In this document: positions 25,639-32,507 of the stretch, piece by piece
How positions within the stretch are numbered: position 1 is the first letter of the stretch
Layout: each line of letters starts with the position of its first letter
From: a virus
Taxonomy: Duplodnaviria > Caudoviricetes
Length of the DNA stretch: 64,000 nt
Strand: one strand, 5' to 3'
Virus record (IMG/VR): IMGVR_UViG_3300025295_000098
Span: 1 to 64,000 of that record
Made by a program: the position numbers and the translations under genes
Notes under the pieces: model-generated
Seen by the model: the letters and a program-made list of their open reading frames with translations, nothing else
What the model was told of the DNA's origin: nothing
Databases searched by the model: none

Positions 25639-26390
25639 GCAACGATTGGTTCCGTTCATGGCATGGTGCGCCAACCGATCCGAAATGGCTCGGGATAGCC
25701 CGCCGCGCCGGTGTCGCTCCTGGTATCGCCGTTGCGGTCGCGTGGGCTCTCATGGACCGCGCCTCACAGGCATCGGATCGAGGATCGATCAAGGGCTATG
25801 ACGCCGAGGGATTGGCCTACTTCTATGGATGCGAGCCTGAGCAGGTAGAGGCCATCGTCGCCGCAATGGCTGACAAAGGCATGATCTCCGACGGGAGATT
25901 CTCCAGCTGGGAAAAGCGGCAGCCGAAGCGCGAAGATGGCGCTGCCGAACGCGCGAGAGAATGGCGCGAACGCAAACGAACGCAAACGAACGCATCTGCA
26001 ACAACAGATACAGAGACAGATACAGATCCTTCGGAAGACGCGGGCGCGCCAGAGAACGATCTTCAATTCGAAGAATTTTGGGATGCCTACCCGAACAAGA
26101 CCGGCAGGCCATCGGCCGAGAAAGCCTTCTCCCAAGCCGTCAAGCGCGCCAGCTTCGACGAGATCATGACCGGTGTCCGAACCTATGCCGCCAAGACCGA
26201 CGATCGGCAGTGGTGCTCGCCGGTGAAGTGGCTCTCCGATGACCGCTGGAAAGACCAGCCCGCCAAGCCGCCCGACAAGGGGACGCCTACGAAGCTGAAC
26301 GGGACCGGCTTCACCCACCTGCAGAAATTTCAATCCCGAGAAGAGTACCTAGCCGCCGAAAAGGCGAGATCTGAGCGGAGTTTCCGATGA
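25635..26390 (+). CDS. Phage replication initiator (lambda O/DnaT-like organisation)
   Basis: N-terminal wHTH; internal repeats; FEEFWDAYPNKTGRPSAEKAF C-domain. Confidence 0.7.
   Translation: MSNDWFRSWHGAPTDPKWLGIARRAGVAPGIAVAVAWALMDRASQASDRGSIKGYDAEGLAYFYGCEPEQVEAIVAAMADKGMISDGRFSSWEKRQPKREDGAAERAREWRERKRTQTNASATTDTETDTDPSEDAGAPENDLQFEEFWDAYPNKTGRPSAEKAFSQAVKRASFDEIMTGVRTYAAKTDDRQWCSPVKWLSDDRWKDQPAKPPDKGTPTKLNGTGFTHLQKFQSREEYLAAEKARSERSFR
25967..26027 (+). repeat. Iteron-like direct repeats inside the initiator gene (putative ori)
   Basis: CGAACGCAAA x2.8 (25967-25994); ACAGA(T/G) x4 (26004-26027). Confidence 0.5.
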
Positions 26391-26929
26391 ACGTCCTAGC
26401 AAGAGATATCCGAGCCAAGCTCATGAACCCGCCGGTGAAGATCACCCGCGAACAGGTCATGGATCTGCAACAGCGCAACCGCAATCTAGCGGCCAAAATC
26501 ATCATGCTCGAAGAGGCAAACAAGGCCAAACAGGAGGTGATCGATACCCTCCTCACAGACCTTCGAAGCGAGCGAGATTTCACAAAATCGCTCGAGTTAC
26601 GGATGCGGGCGATGGATGAGGACGAATCCGGATCAGTCGATGACAAGCCGTCGATCAAGAGCATCGTCCGCGAAGAGCTGAAGGATTGGCCAGGCGTCAC
26701 CTGGGCGCAGGTCAAGGGCGGCCGTAAGCCCTGGCATGTTGTGCAGGCTCGGCGGCAGTGCTTGCAGGCTGTTTATCAGAAGCGCCCTGATCTGACGCTG
26801 CAGGAGATCGGCCGCATCTTCAACAAGGACCATTCTACTGTCTGCTATGCCGTCTATCAGGGCAACCAAGTCCTCAAGAAAATGGAGCTCAATCGGCAGC
26901 GGAAAGCCGCTGAGCGAGGTGAAGTATGA
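26387..26929 (+). CDS. Coiled-coil protein with a DnaA C-terminal-like HTH
   Basis: VVQARRQC...LTLQEIGRIFNKDHSTVCYAV matches the DnaA domain IV pattern. Confidence 0.75.
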   Translation: MNVLARDIRAKLMNPPVKITREQVMDLQQRNRNLAAKIIMLEEANKAKQEVIDTLLTDLRSERDFTKSLELRMRAMDEDESGSVDDKPSIKSIVREELKDWPGVTWAQVKGGRKPWHVVQARRQCLQAVYQKRPDLTLQEIGRIFNKDHSTVCYAVYQGNQVLKKMELNRQRKAAERGEV

Positions 26930-27417
26930 GCAGGAGACCTCGCCTCTATCTCGATCTCGACGGTGTCATGGCCGACTTCGATGCTCACTTCCCGGCCCTA
27001 TTCGGCGTGGACCACCGGAATATGCTCGACGATGATATGTGGGCTAAGATCAACGGGCACCCGAGCTACTTCCGGGATATGCCTCAGTGCCCTGGCGCGA
27101 AAGAGTTCTTCGACCGCATATCATGGCTTAAGCCGATCATCCTTACGGCCTGCCCGAAATCGAACTATGCGCACGTCGCCCGCCAGAAGCGGGAATGGGT
27201 GAGGGAGCACCTGTCATCCACCTGCCACATCCTGCCGGTCATGGGCGGCCGGAACAAGCCGCTCTTCATGCATTCGCCCGGCGACATCCTCGTCGACGAC
27301 TTCGAGCGAAACATCAAGGCTTGGCGCGAGGAAGGCGGGTTCGGGATCCTGCACACTGACTTCACATCGTCCAGAGATGCGATCGAACGCGAAATGGTTA
27401 GGAGTGCTGCGGCATGA
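26926..27417 (+). CDS. HAD-family 5'(3')-deoxyribonucleotidase-like protein
   Basis: LYLDLDGVMADF...ILTA...K..W...ILVDD. Confidence 0.85.
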   Translation: MSRRPRLYLDLDGVMADFDAHFPALFGVDHRNMLDDDMWAKINGHPSYFRDMPQCPGAKEFFDRISWLKPIILTACPKSNYAHVARQKREWVREHLSSTCHILPVMGGRNKPLFMHSPGDILVDDFERNIKAWREEGGFGILHTDFTSSRDAIEREMVRSAAA

Positions 27418-27878
27418 CCCGTCTAGCTCGCGTCGACATGGATGCCGTCGCTCCGCTCTATCCTAGCGACAAGGTCGCCGGCCGGGTAGCGGCAAGGGGA
27501 GAGCATTTCGATTGGCAGCCAAACCAGGCCACCAAGGTCCATTCGTCTGATCCGCTTGCCGTCCGTCGCCCTACGGAAAACGAACTGTCGAGGCCTGAAT
27601 ACACGGATCTGACGGGCGCTAAGATCGGCCGGCTGACCGTGGTGGGCGTTGCAGCGGAGATAATAGGCAACGGCCAGAAGTGGGTAGTGCGCTGCGTCTG
27701 CGGATCATACGAGACCCGCAAGGCCAGGTACATCAAGGCCTGTGTCGCCGGCAACAATCCGGGAAGCAGCGATCCGATGTGCGACGCGTGCGGCTATACC
27801 CGGAAGCTTCAGCTTGGCTACCACAACCCCAAAAAGGCGGCCGCGGCGGCGCAAGCGATCATGGAGGCGGCTCGATGA
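27414..27878 (+). CDS. Hypothetical Cys-containing protein
   Basis: DLTGAKIGRLTVVG...WVVRCVCG...CDAC, a motif often adjoining HNH/AP2 proteins. Confidence 0.6.
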   Translation: MTRLARVDMDAVAPLYPSDKVAGRVAARGEHFDWQPNQATKVHSSDPLAVRRPTENELSRPEYTDLTGAKIGRLTVVGVAAEIIGNGQKWVVRCVCGSYETRKARYIKACVAGNNPGSSDPMCDACGYTRKLQLGYHNPKKAAAAAQAIMEAAR

Positions 27879-28387
27879 GCGATCTTCTCATGACGAGACG
27901 CGTCGTGTTCTCGGATTGTGGCCTTTACCGCTATCTCCTTGAGCACGACTTCGGCGGGACCGGTCCGGTTATCTCGATCGGGATGGTCAACCCATCCAGC
28001 GCGGATGAGGAAAAGAACGATCCTACCATGACGAAGATCGACGGCTTCGCCGCGCACCTCGGCGCCAGCAAGGTGAAGGTCTGGAACAAGTGCGCGTTGC
28101 GCAACAAGGACGTGAAGGCGCTCCGCGCGGCAGCTGACCCGATCGGGCCGGAAAATGACGCCTACATCGAGCAGGCGATCCGCGATGCAGATATTCACAT
28201 CGTCGCATGGGGACCGCTTGCCAAGCTTCCGCGACCTCTCCGCAACCGATGGCGCGATGTCGTGGATGTCATGACCCGCGCTGGCTGCCGGCCGATGTGC
28301 TGGGGCACTGCCGGCGACGGGCAGCCGCGCCACCCGCTGATGGTCGCCTACGCCACGCCCCTAGGCCCATGGGAGGCGCCACGGTGA
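27875..28387 (+). CDS. DUF1643-family protein
   Basis: FSDCGLYRYLL...GMVNPSSAD...DPT...VAWG...PRHPL. Confidence 0.85.
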   Translation: MSDLLMTRRVVFSDCGLYRYLLEHDFGGTGPVISIGMVNPSSADEEKNDPTMTKIDGFAAHLGASKVKVWNKCALRNKDVKALRAAADPIGPENDAYIEQAIRDADIHIVAWGPLAKLPRPLRNRWRDVVDVMTRAGCRPMCWGTAGDGQPRHPLMVAYATPLGPWEAPR

Positions 28388-28605
28388 CAGACATTCCCGT
28401 CGACGAAATCAAGATCGAGGTCTGGCCCATCTCCGGCATTCACGAACGAGGCGGCCAGCATGTTGGAACCTGCCCGGGTGTGCGCATTACGCATCTTCCG
28501 AGCGGCATCCATGCTTACGTCGATATCGGCCGATCCCAACACATCAACAAGACCATCGCAATGGACATGATCCTCGCGGCGATCACTCATCCGAAATTCC
28601 GATAA
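28384..28605 (+). CDS. Stand-alone class I release-factor catalytic (GGQ) domain
   Basis: EIKIEVW...RGGQHVG...GVRITHLPSGI...RSQHINK..AM aligns with RF1 domain 3 (GGQHVN..DSAIRITHLPTGI...RSQHKNK..A). Confidence 0.85.
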   Translation: MTDIPVDEIKIEVWPISGIHERGGQHVGTCPGVRITHLPSGIHAYVDIGRSQHINKTIAMDMILAAITHPKFR

Positions 28606-28630
28606 TCCGAGCGGCGGCTCATGAGAGGAA

Positions 28631-29323
28631 ATGAAAATGGCGGCACTGGCATTGCAAGAGCAGGACACACGAGATTTCGCTGATATAGTCGCGCAACGGC
28701 GGAAGCGGCTTATCGGCCGAGATTGGTACGCGATCCGGACTGCCCCCGGCACACAGCGAATGGCCCGACATGTCGAAGACGCTCCGATCCATCGTATCGG
28801 AGAGAGCATCATCGAGCGCAATCTCCGCAACGAGGGGATCAGCGTCTACATGCCGGCGTATTGGTACGAGGGCATTCACCACCGCAACCGGAAGGTCATC
28901 CAGCGTCGTCTGCCGCTGTTGGTCGGATATGCGTTCGTGAACCTCGAAAACCTGAATTTCGAGAGGGTGCGCGACGTCGACGGCGTGGTGTGTTTCCTCC
29001 GGTCCGAGTTCGGTCCGCTCCGGTTCAGTGGAGACGATCTTGCCGTCATCGCTGCCGAAGAGTTGACGCGGCGTCAGGAGTTCCGGCGCGAACGGATCAC
29101 CCGAATCCAAAATGAAACCGCCGGACAGGCCATGCAGCTCCGCGGCAATCTCCGCAAGATCCTGCCGAAGGGCAGGGGCAATCGCATCAACCTCAAGGAT
29201 CAAGCTCTCCTCACCATCAAGGACTTGAAACCGGAGATGCAGAGCAAAGTCATGGGGATGTTGCTCCAATTGGAGCAGTTAGAGGCATATGAGGGGCTTG
29301 AAACCATAGATCGTGTTGCGTAA
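28631..29323 (+). CDS. NusG/RfaH-paralogue antiterminator (Q-equivalent position)
   Basis: NGN domain: WYAIRTAPG...IERNL...VYMP...PLLVGYAFV...DGVVCFL; C-terminus not KOW-like. Confidence 0.85.
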   Translation: MKMAALALQEQDTRDFADIVAQRRKRLIGRDWYAIRTAPGTQRMARHVEDAPIHRIGESIIERNLRNEGISVYMPAYWYEGIHHRNRKVIQRRLPLLVGYAFVNLENLNFERVRDVDGVVCFLRSEFGPLRFSGDDLAVIAAEELTRRQEFRRERITRIQNETAGQAMQLRGNLRKILPKGRGNRINLKDQALLTIKDLKPEMQSKVMGMLLQLEQLEAYEGLETIDRVA

Positions 29324-29349
29324 TATCGTCAGTGATTTGCGGTGTTCTG
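29298..29349 (+). promoter_or_regulatory. Late (pR'-like) promoter with a downstream ops-like pause element
   Basis: TTGAAA (29298)-N17-TAATAT (29321); TGCGGTGTTCTG at 29338-29349. Confidence 0.55.
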
Positions 29350-29417
29350 TTCGCGGACCCATCTGATGGGGAATACCCTGCCGGCCGCTTGTCTCTCAAA
29401 AGCATCACTTATGCTCA

Positions 29418-30230
29418 TTGGAGAAATGCGCCTTGGCGTTCATCGTTGATGGTGTAGCCCACATCCCTCTTCAGAAATCGAAAGGCCGCAAGCGGATGTT
29501 TGCGCTTATCGACGAGGAGGATTACGACCGCGTGTCTCGTTTAAAGTGGTACGCGGTCGCTTCGGGGAAGACCTTTTACGCTAGAGCCACCAGCGGTATC
29601 CTGTCGGCCCATCTGTATGGGATGCATTCCTATGTCATGCGGGCCCAAAAAGGGCAGCGCGTAGACCACGAAAACGGGAACGGCCTCGACAACCGGAAGG
29701 CCAATCTCCGCAAAGCCACGCCCGCCCAAAACACGTGGAATTCCTTCAAGCGCAGCGACCCGTGCAGTTCGAAGTTCAAAGGCGTCATCCTCACGAGTTC
29801 GGGGAAATGGGCAGCATCCATCACTCGAAACGGTGATCATCAGGTAATCGGGCTGTTTGACGATGAAGCCGAAGCAGCCCGCGCCTATGATGAAAAGGCG
29901 TTAGTGCTGTTCGGCGAGTTCGCTAAGACCAATGACGCCATGGGCTTATTCGAGAGCGATCAGGCAAGCCGGGTCACGGCATCGGACATGATGTTTGACC
30001 CGCGATCGATCGGCGATTTCAAAGCGGCGACGCCCGGCCAAATTTTCGACGGCAATGAAAACGTTGGAGACCGCGCTGCCGTCGGGATCGTGATCGGCCT
30101 TTGCAAGCACCCTCGCACGCGTCAAACCATGTATCGGCTCGATACAGGCGCCAAGGTGCATATGGATGCTTACATGGGTCGGCATCCATCAATCGAGGAA
30201 ATGGCTCTCTTTCGCGCCAGCCAAAATTGA
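29418..30230 (+). CDS. HNH-AP2 endonuclease
   Basis: VDHENGNGLDNRKANLR...N; SKFKGV...KWAASI...GLFDDEAEAARAYD. Confidence 0.9.
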   Translation: MEKCALAFIVDGVAHIPLQKSKGRKRMFALIDEEDYDRVSRLKWYAVASGKTFYARATSGILSAHLYGMHSYVMRAQKGQRVDHENGNGLDNRKANLRKATPAQNTWNSFKRSDPCSSKFKGVILTSSGKWAASITRNGDHQVIGLFDDEAEAARAYDEKALVLFGEFAKTNDAMGLFESDQASRVTASDMMFDPRSIGDFKAATPGQIFDGNENVGDRAAVGIVIGLCKHPRTRQTMYRLDTGAKVHMDAYMGRHPSIEEMALFRASQN

Positions 30231-30239
30231 ATTGTTTCA

Positions 30240-30317
30240 TGTCGGAGTAGAGCAGCCCGGTAGCTCGCTTGGCTCATAACCAAGAGGCCGCAGGTTCGAA
30301 TCCTGCCTCCGCAACCA
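30240..30317 (+). tRNA. tRNA-Met-like (CAT), initiator-type body
   Basis: D arm GAGC-AGCCCGGTA-GCTC, anticodon arm CTTGG-CTCATAA-CCAAG, T arm GCAGG-TTCGAAT-CCTGC, encoded ACCA; irregular top of acceptor stem. Confidence 0.9.
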
Positions 30318-30552
30318 GTTCCCAGAGGGGCCAAACGAACAAGCTGATGAGTTCAGCCACTGTCGTGGAGACGGTGCGATGTGTTCGGGCCCCGCATCCC
30401 CAGAAGCCGTTCGCCGGATAGTCCACGTAACCGGAAAGAAGGATTGCGGACCAGCCAGCCGCCATCCGAGGCACCAGAGCACCCAAGCCCGCCGTAAGCT
30501 CTCGGGGCGCAAACGAGAGGCGGAGGTCTGCAAGCCTCCACAGCCAATCACG

Positions 30553-30593
30553 CCCGTCGCCCGCTTAGCCGCGGTTGGCGGGTTTTCCATTTT
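30553..30593 (+). terminator. Intrinsic terminator in the late leader
   Basis: CCCGTCG-C-CCGC / GCGG-T-TGGCGGG hairpin followed by TTTTCCATTTT. Confidence 0.55.
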
Positions 30594-30608
30594 CTGAGAG
30601 GCTCTCCA

Positions 30609-31049
30609 ATGTCAGACGAGCATATGTGCCCGCGCCGCGCCGAAGGGCCGACTTTCACCTCTGGGCCTGACACCTGGCGTGAGGACGGATCGTGCTCATA
30701 CTGCGGCAGCCTGAATCCCGATACCCTCATGGCGCGCCTTGAGGCTGGTGATGTAAGGCTTGACCCGACGGATAAGACCTACAAGGTCTATTGCGAGAAC
30801 GCCGGCGGTGAGCAGTTCAAACAGACCTATCGCAATTGCCCAAGCGATGCGAATTGCAAGGGGCCTGACGATTGCTCCCACTGGGTGACGCGGGAGCGTA
30901 GCGGCACAAAGTTCTATTTCCAGCATTTGAGCGAAGACCAGAGAAAGCGGTTCGTCGACCTTCTCAACGCGAAAAAAGTCATGCTCGGCTACCCTGGATA
31001 CTTCTACGTCCCGCCGTTCTTTATTCAGTTCAAGGCGCCGGCGGCGTGA
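30609..31049 (+). CDS. Cys-rich hypothetical protein
   Basis: CPRR...CSYCGSL... Confidence 0.65.
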   Translation: MSDEHMCPRRAEGPTFTSGPDTWREDGSCSYCGSLNPDTLMARLEAGDVRLDPTDKTYKVYCENAGGEQFKQTYRNCPSDANCKGPDDCSHWVTRERSGTKFYFQHLSEDQRKRFVDLLNAKKVMLGYPGYFYVPPFFIQFKAPAA

Positions 31050-31104
31050 TCCTCTGGCGATCCCCATCCGCCTTCGCGATCGATAATCATCAAGGACGAT
31101 AGAG

Positions 31105-31524
31105 ATGGTTTGGTTTGTTCAGCCGCTGGAGCGCAAAGACAAAGACGGCAAGCCGTCCGGTCTGTGGCATCTCTGCGCGCAAAGCGACGAGGGCGGCGGC
31201 TTCTACACCGGCTGCAACCATGATCATGCTTCTGCCGAAGAAGCGCAGGACTGCATCGAGGCCAAGGTGCGCCTCGGCCAGGTGACGGGGTTTCCCTATG
31301 TGGCCTCGAAAATCAAGGTCAACGGCATTGAGTTCGAGGTCCATGGCGACATGATCAGCCATGAGCAGATCTGCGCACTCGCCGGCAAGCCAGTCCACGC
31401 CTCGGCCACCTATCTCGGTCCCCGAAAGGGCGACAGCGAGAGAAGCGGCATCACCCATGTCGGAAAGTCCGTCAAGCTCGAAGACGGCATGAGCTTCACC
31501 TGCGTCGTGACGGGCAACGCATGA
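31105..31524 (+). CDS. Protein with a C-terminal ubiquitin-like (multi-ubiquitin-type beta-grasp) domain
   Basis: IKVNG.EFEV....ISHEQICALA....TY......G....GKSVKLEDGMSF..V.TGNA resembles Multi_ubiq repeats (recognised from memory). Confidence 0.55.
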   Translation: MVWFVQPLERKDKDGKPSGLWHLCAQSDEGGGFYTGCNHDHASAEEAQDCIEAKVRLGQVTGFPYVASKIKVNGIEFEVHGDMISHEQICALAGKPVHASATYLGPRKGDSERSGITHVGKSVKLEDGMSFTCVVTGNA

Positions 31525-31655
31525 TCATCCCCCGCTACATCCAGCGCGCCGCTTTCGTCGTCGCAATCGTTCTATTCTGCCTCGTAGGGCTGTTCGCCAT
31601 GTCGGGGTGCCAGACGTATCAGCCGCCGGGCCAGGATCTGTGGCGGGCGCTATAA
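31521..31655 (+). CDS. Small lipoprotein
   Basis: 44 aa; hydrophobic leader and lipobox AMSG-C; absent from the ORF track. Confidence 0.55.
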   Translation: MIIPRYIQRAAFVVAIVLFCLVGLFAMSGCQTYQPPGQDLWRAL

Positions 31656-31656
31656 C

Positions 31657-31872
31657 TCATCGTTCCTCGGGAGTGCGCAACCGGCGGGTTGAAAACGATC
31701 CGCTACTCCGACGCTCTTCGACAAACTTTCTACATCCGTCATGCGGGCAATAGACCAACTCGACGTCAACAAAGCCGGGCTGGCCCTCGTATTCCAAGCA
31801 CTCGAACTCCTGACCGCAATGAGGGCAGGTCACGACTTCGGAATGGGTATTATCTTGGCCTTGCAGAAACAT
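31657..31872 (-). CDS. Small Zn-ribbon protein, antisense to the late operon
   Basis: CPHCG...CPHDGC. Confidence 0.55.
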   Translation of the reverse strand: MFLQGQDNTHSEVVTCPHCGQEFECLEYEGQPGFVDVELVYCPHDGCRKFVEERRSSGSFSTRRLRTPEER

Positions 31873-31895
31873 TATTTTCTCCCGTGTGTGACCCT

Positions 31896-32507
31896 ATGCC
31901 AGTCCTGAAAAACCCCCGGCATGAGAAGTTTGCCCAAGCTCTCGCCAAAGGCAATACAGCAGATGACGCATATGCCGCCGCTGGCTTCAAACCTGACCGT
32001 GGAAATGCCTCTCGCCTACAGCATAAAGACAACATCGTACAACGCGTGTCCGAGCTTTTGGAGTGGGAGCAGACGGTAGAGCGAAAGGCCACCGAAAAGG
32101 CCATCGAGAAGCTGGCCATCACCAAAGAGCGCGTCCTGGCCGAACTTGCCAAGATCGGGTTCTCTGACATCCGCAAGGCCATCAAGTGGCAGGGCACGCT
32201 TGTAACCGAGGAAGACAATCCGGACGGCGGTGATGTCCTCGTGATCAAAAATGTCGTCACGAACAATGTCCAGCTTGTATCGAGCGACGAGATCGACGAC
32301 GAGACGGCCGGCGCGATCGCTGAGATCAGCCAGAACTCGACCGGCGGCATTAAGTTGAAACTTCACGACAAGAAGGGTGCGCTCGTGGACATCGGCAAGC
32401 ACCTTGGCATGTTCGTGGAGCGGCACGAGCATACAGGCAAGGACGGCGCACCGATCCAGACCGAGACGAGAACATGGCGGGAAGTGCTGCGCAGCGAGAA
32501 GAGCTAG
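31896..32507 (+). CDS. terS: Terminase small subunit
   Basis: MPVLKNPRHEKFAQALAKG...AY..AG; ITKERVLAELAKIGFSD; KLHDKKGALVDIGKHLGMF. Confidence 0.88.
   Translation: MPVLKNPRHEKFAQALAKGNTADDAYAAAGFKPDRGNASRLQHKDNIVQRVSELLEWEQTVERKATEKAIEKLAITKERVLAELAKIGFSDIRKAIKWQGTLVTEEDNPDGGDVLVIKNVVTNNVQLVSSDEIDDETAGAIAEISQNSTGGIKLKLHDKKGALVDIGKHLGMFVERHEHTGKDGAPIQTETRTWREVLRSEKS

Noticed and set aside
30344-30375. Hammerhead ribozyme suggested by CTGATGAG
   Set aside because: No stem II followed by GAAA at a suitable distance; the motif is explained by a simple GCTGA/TCAGC hairpin
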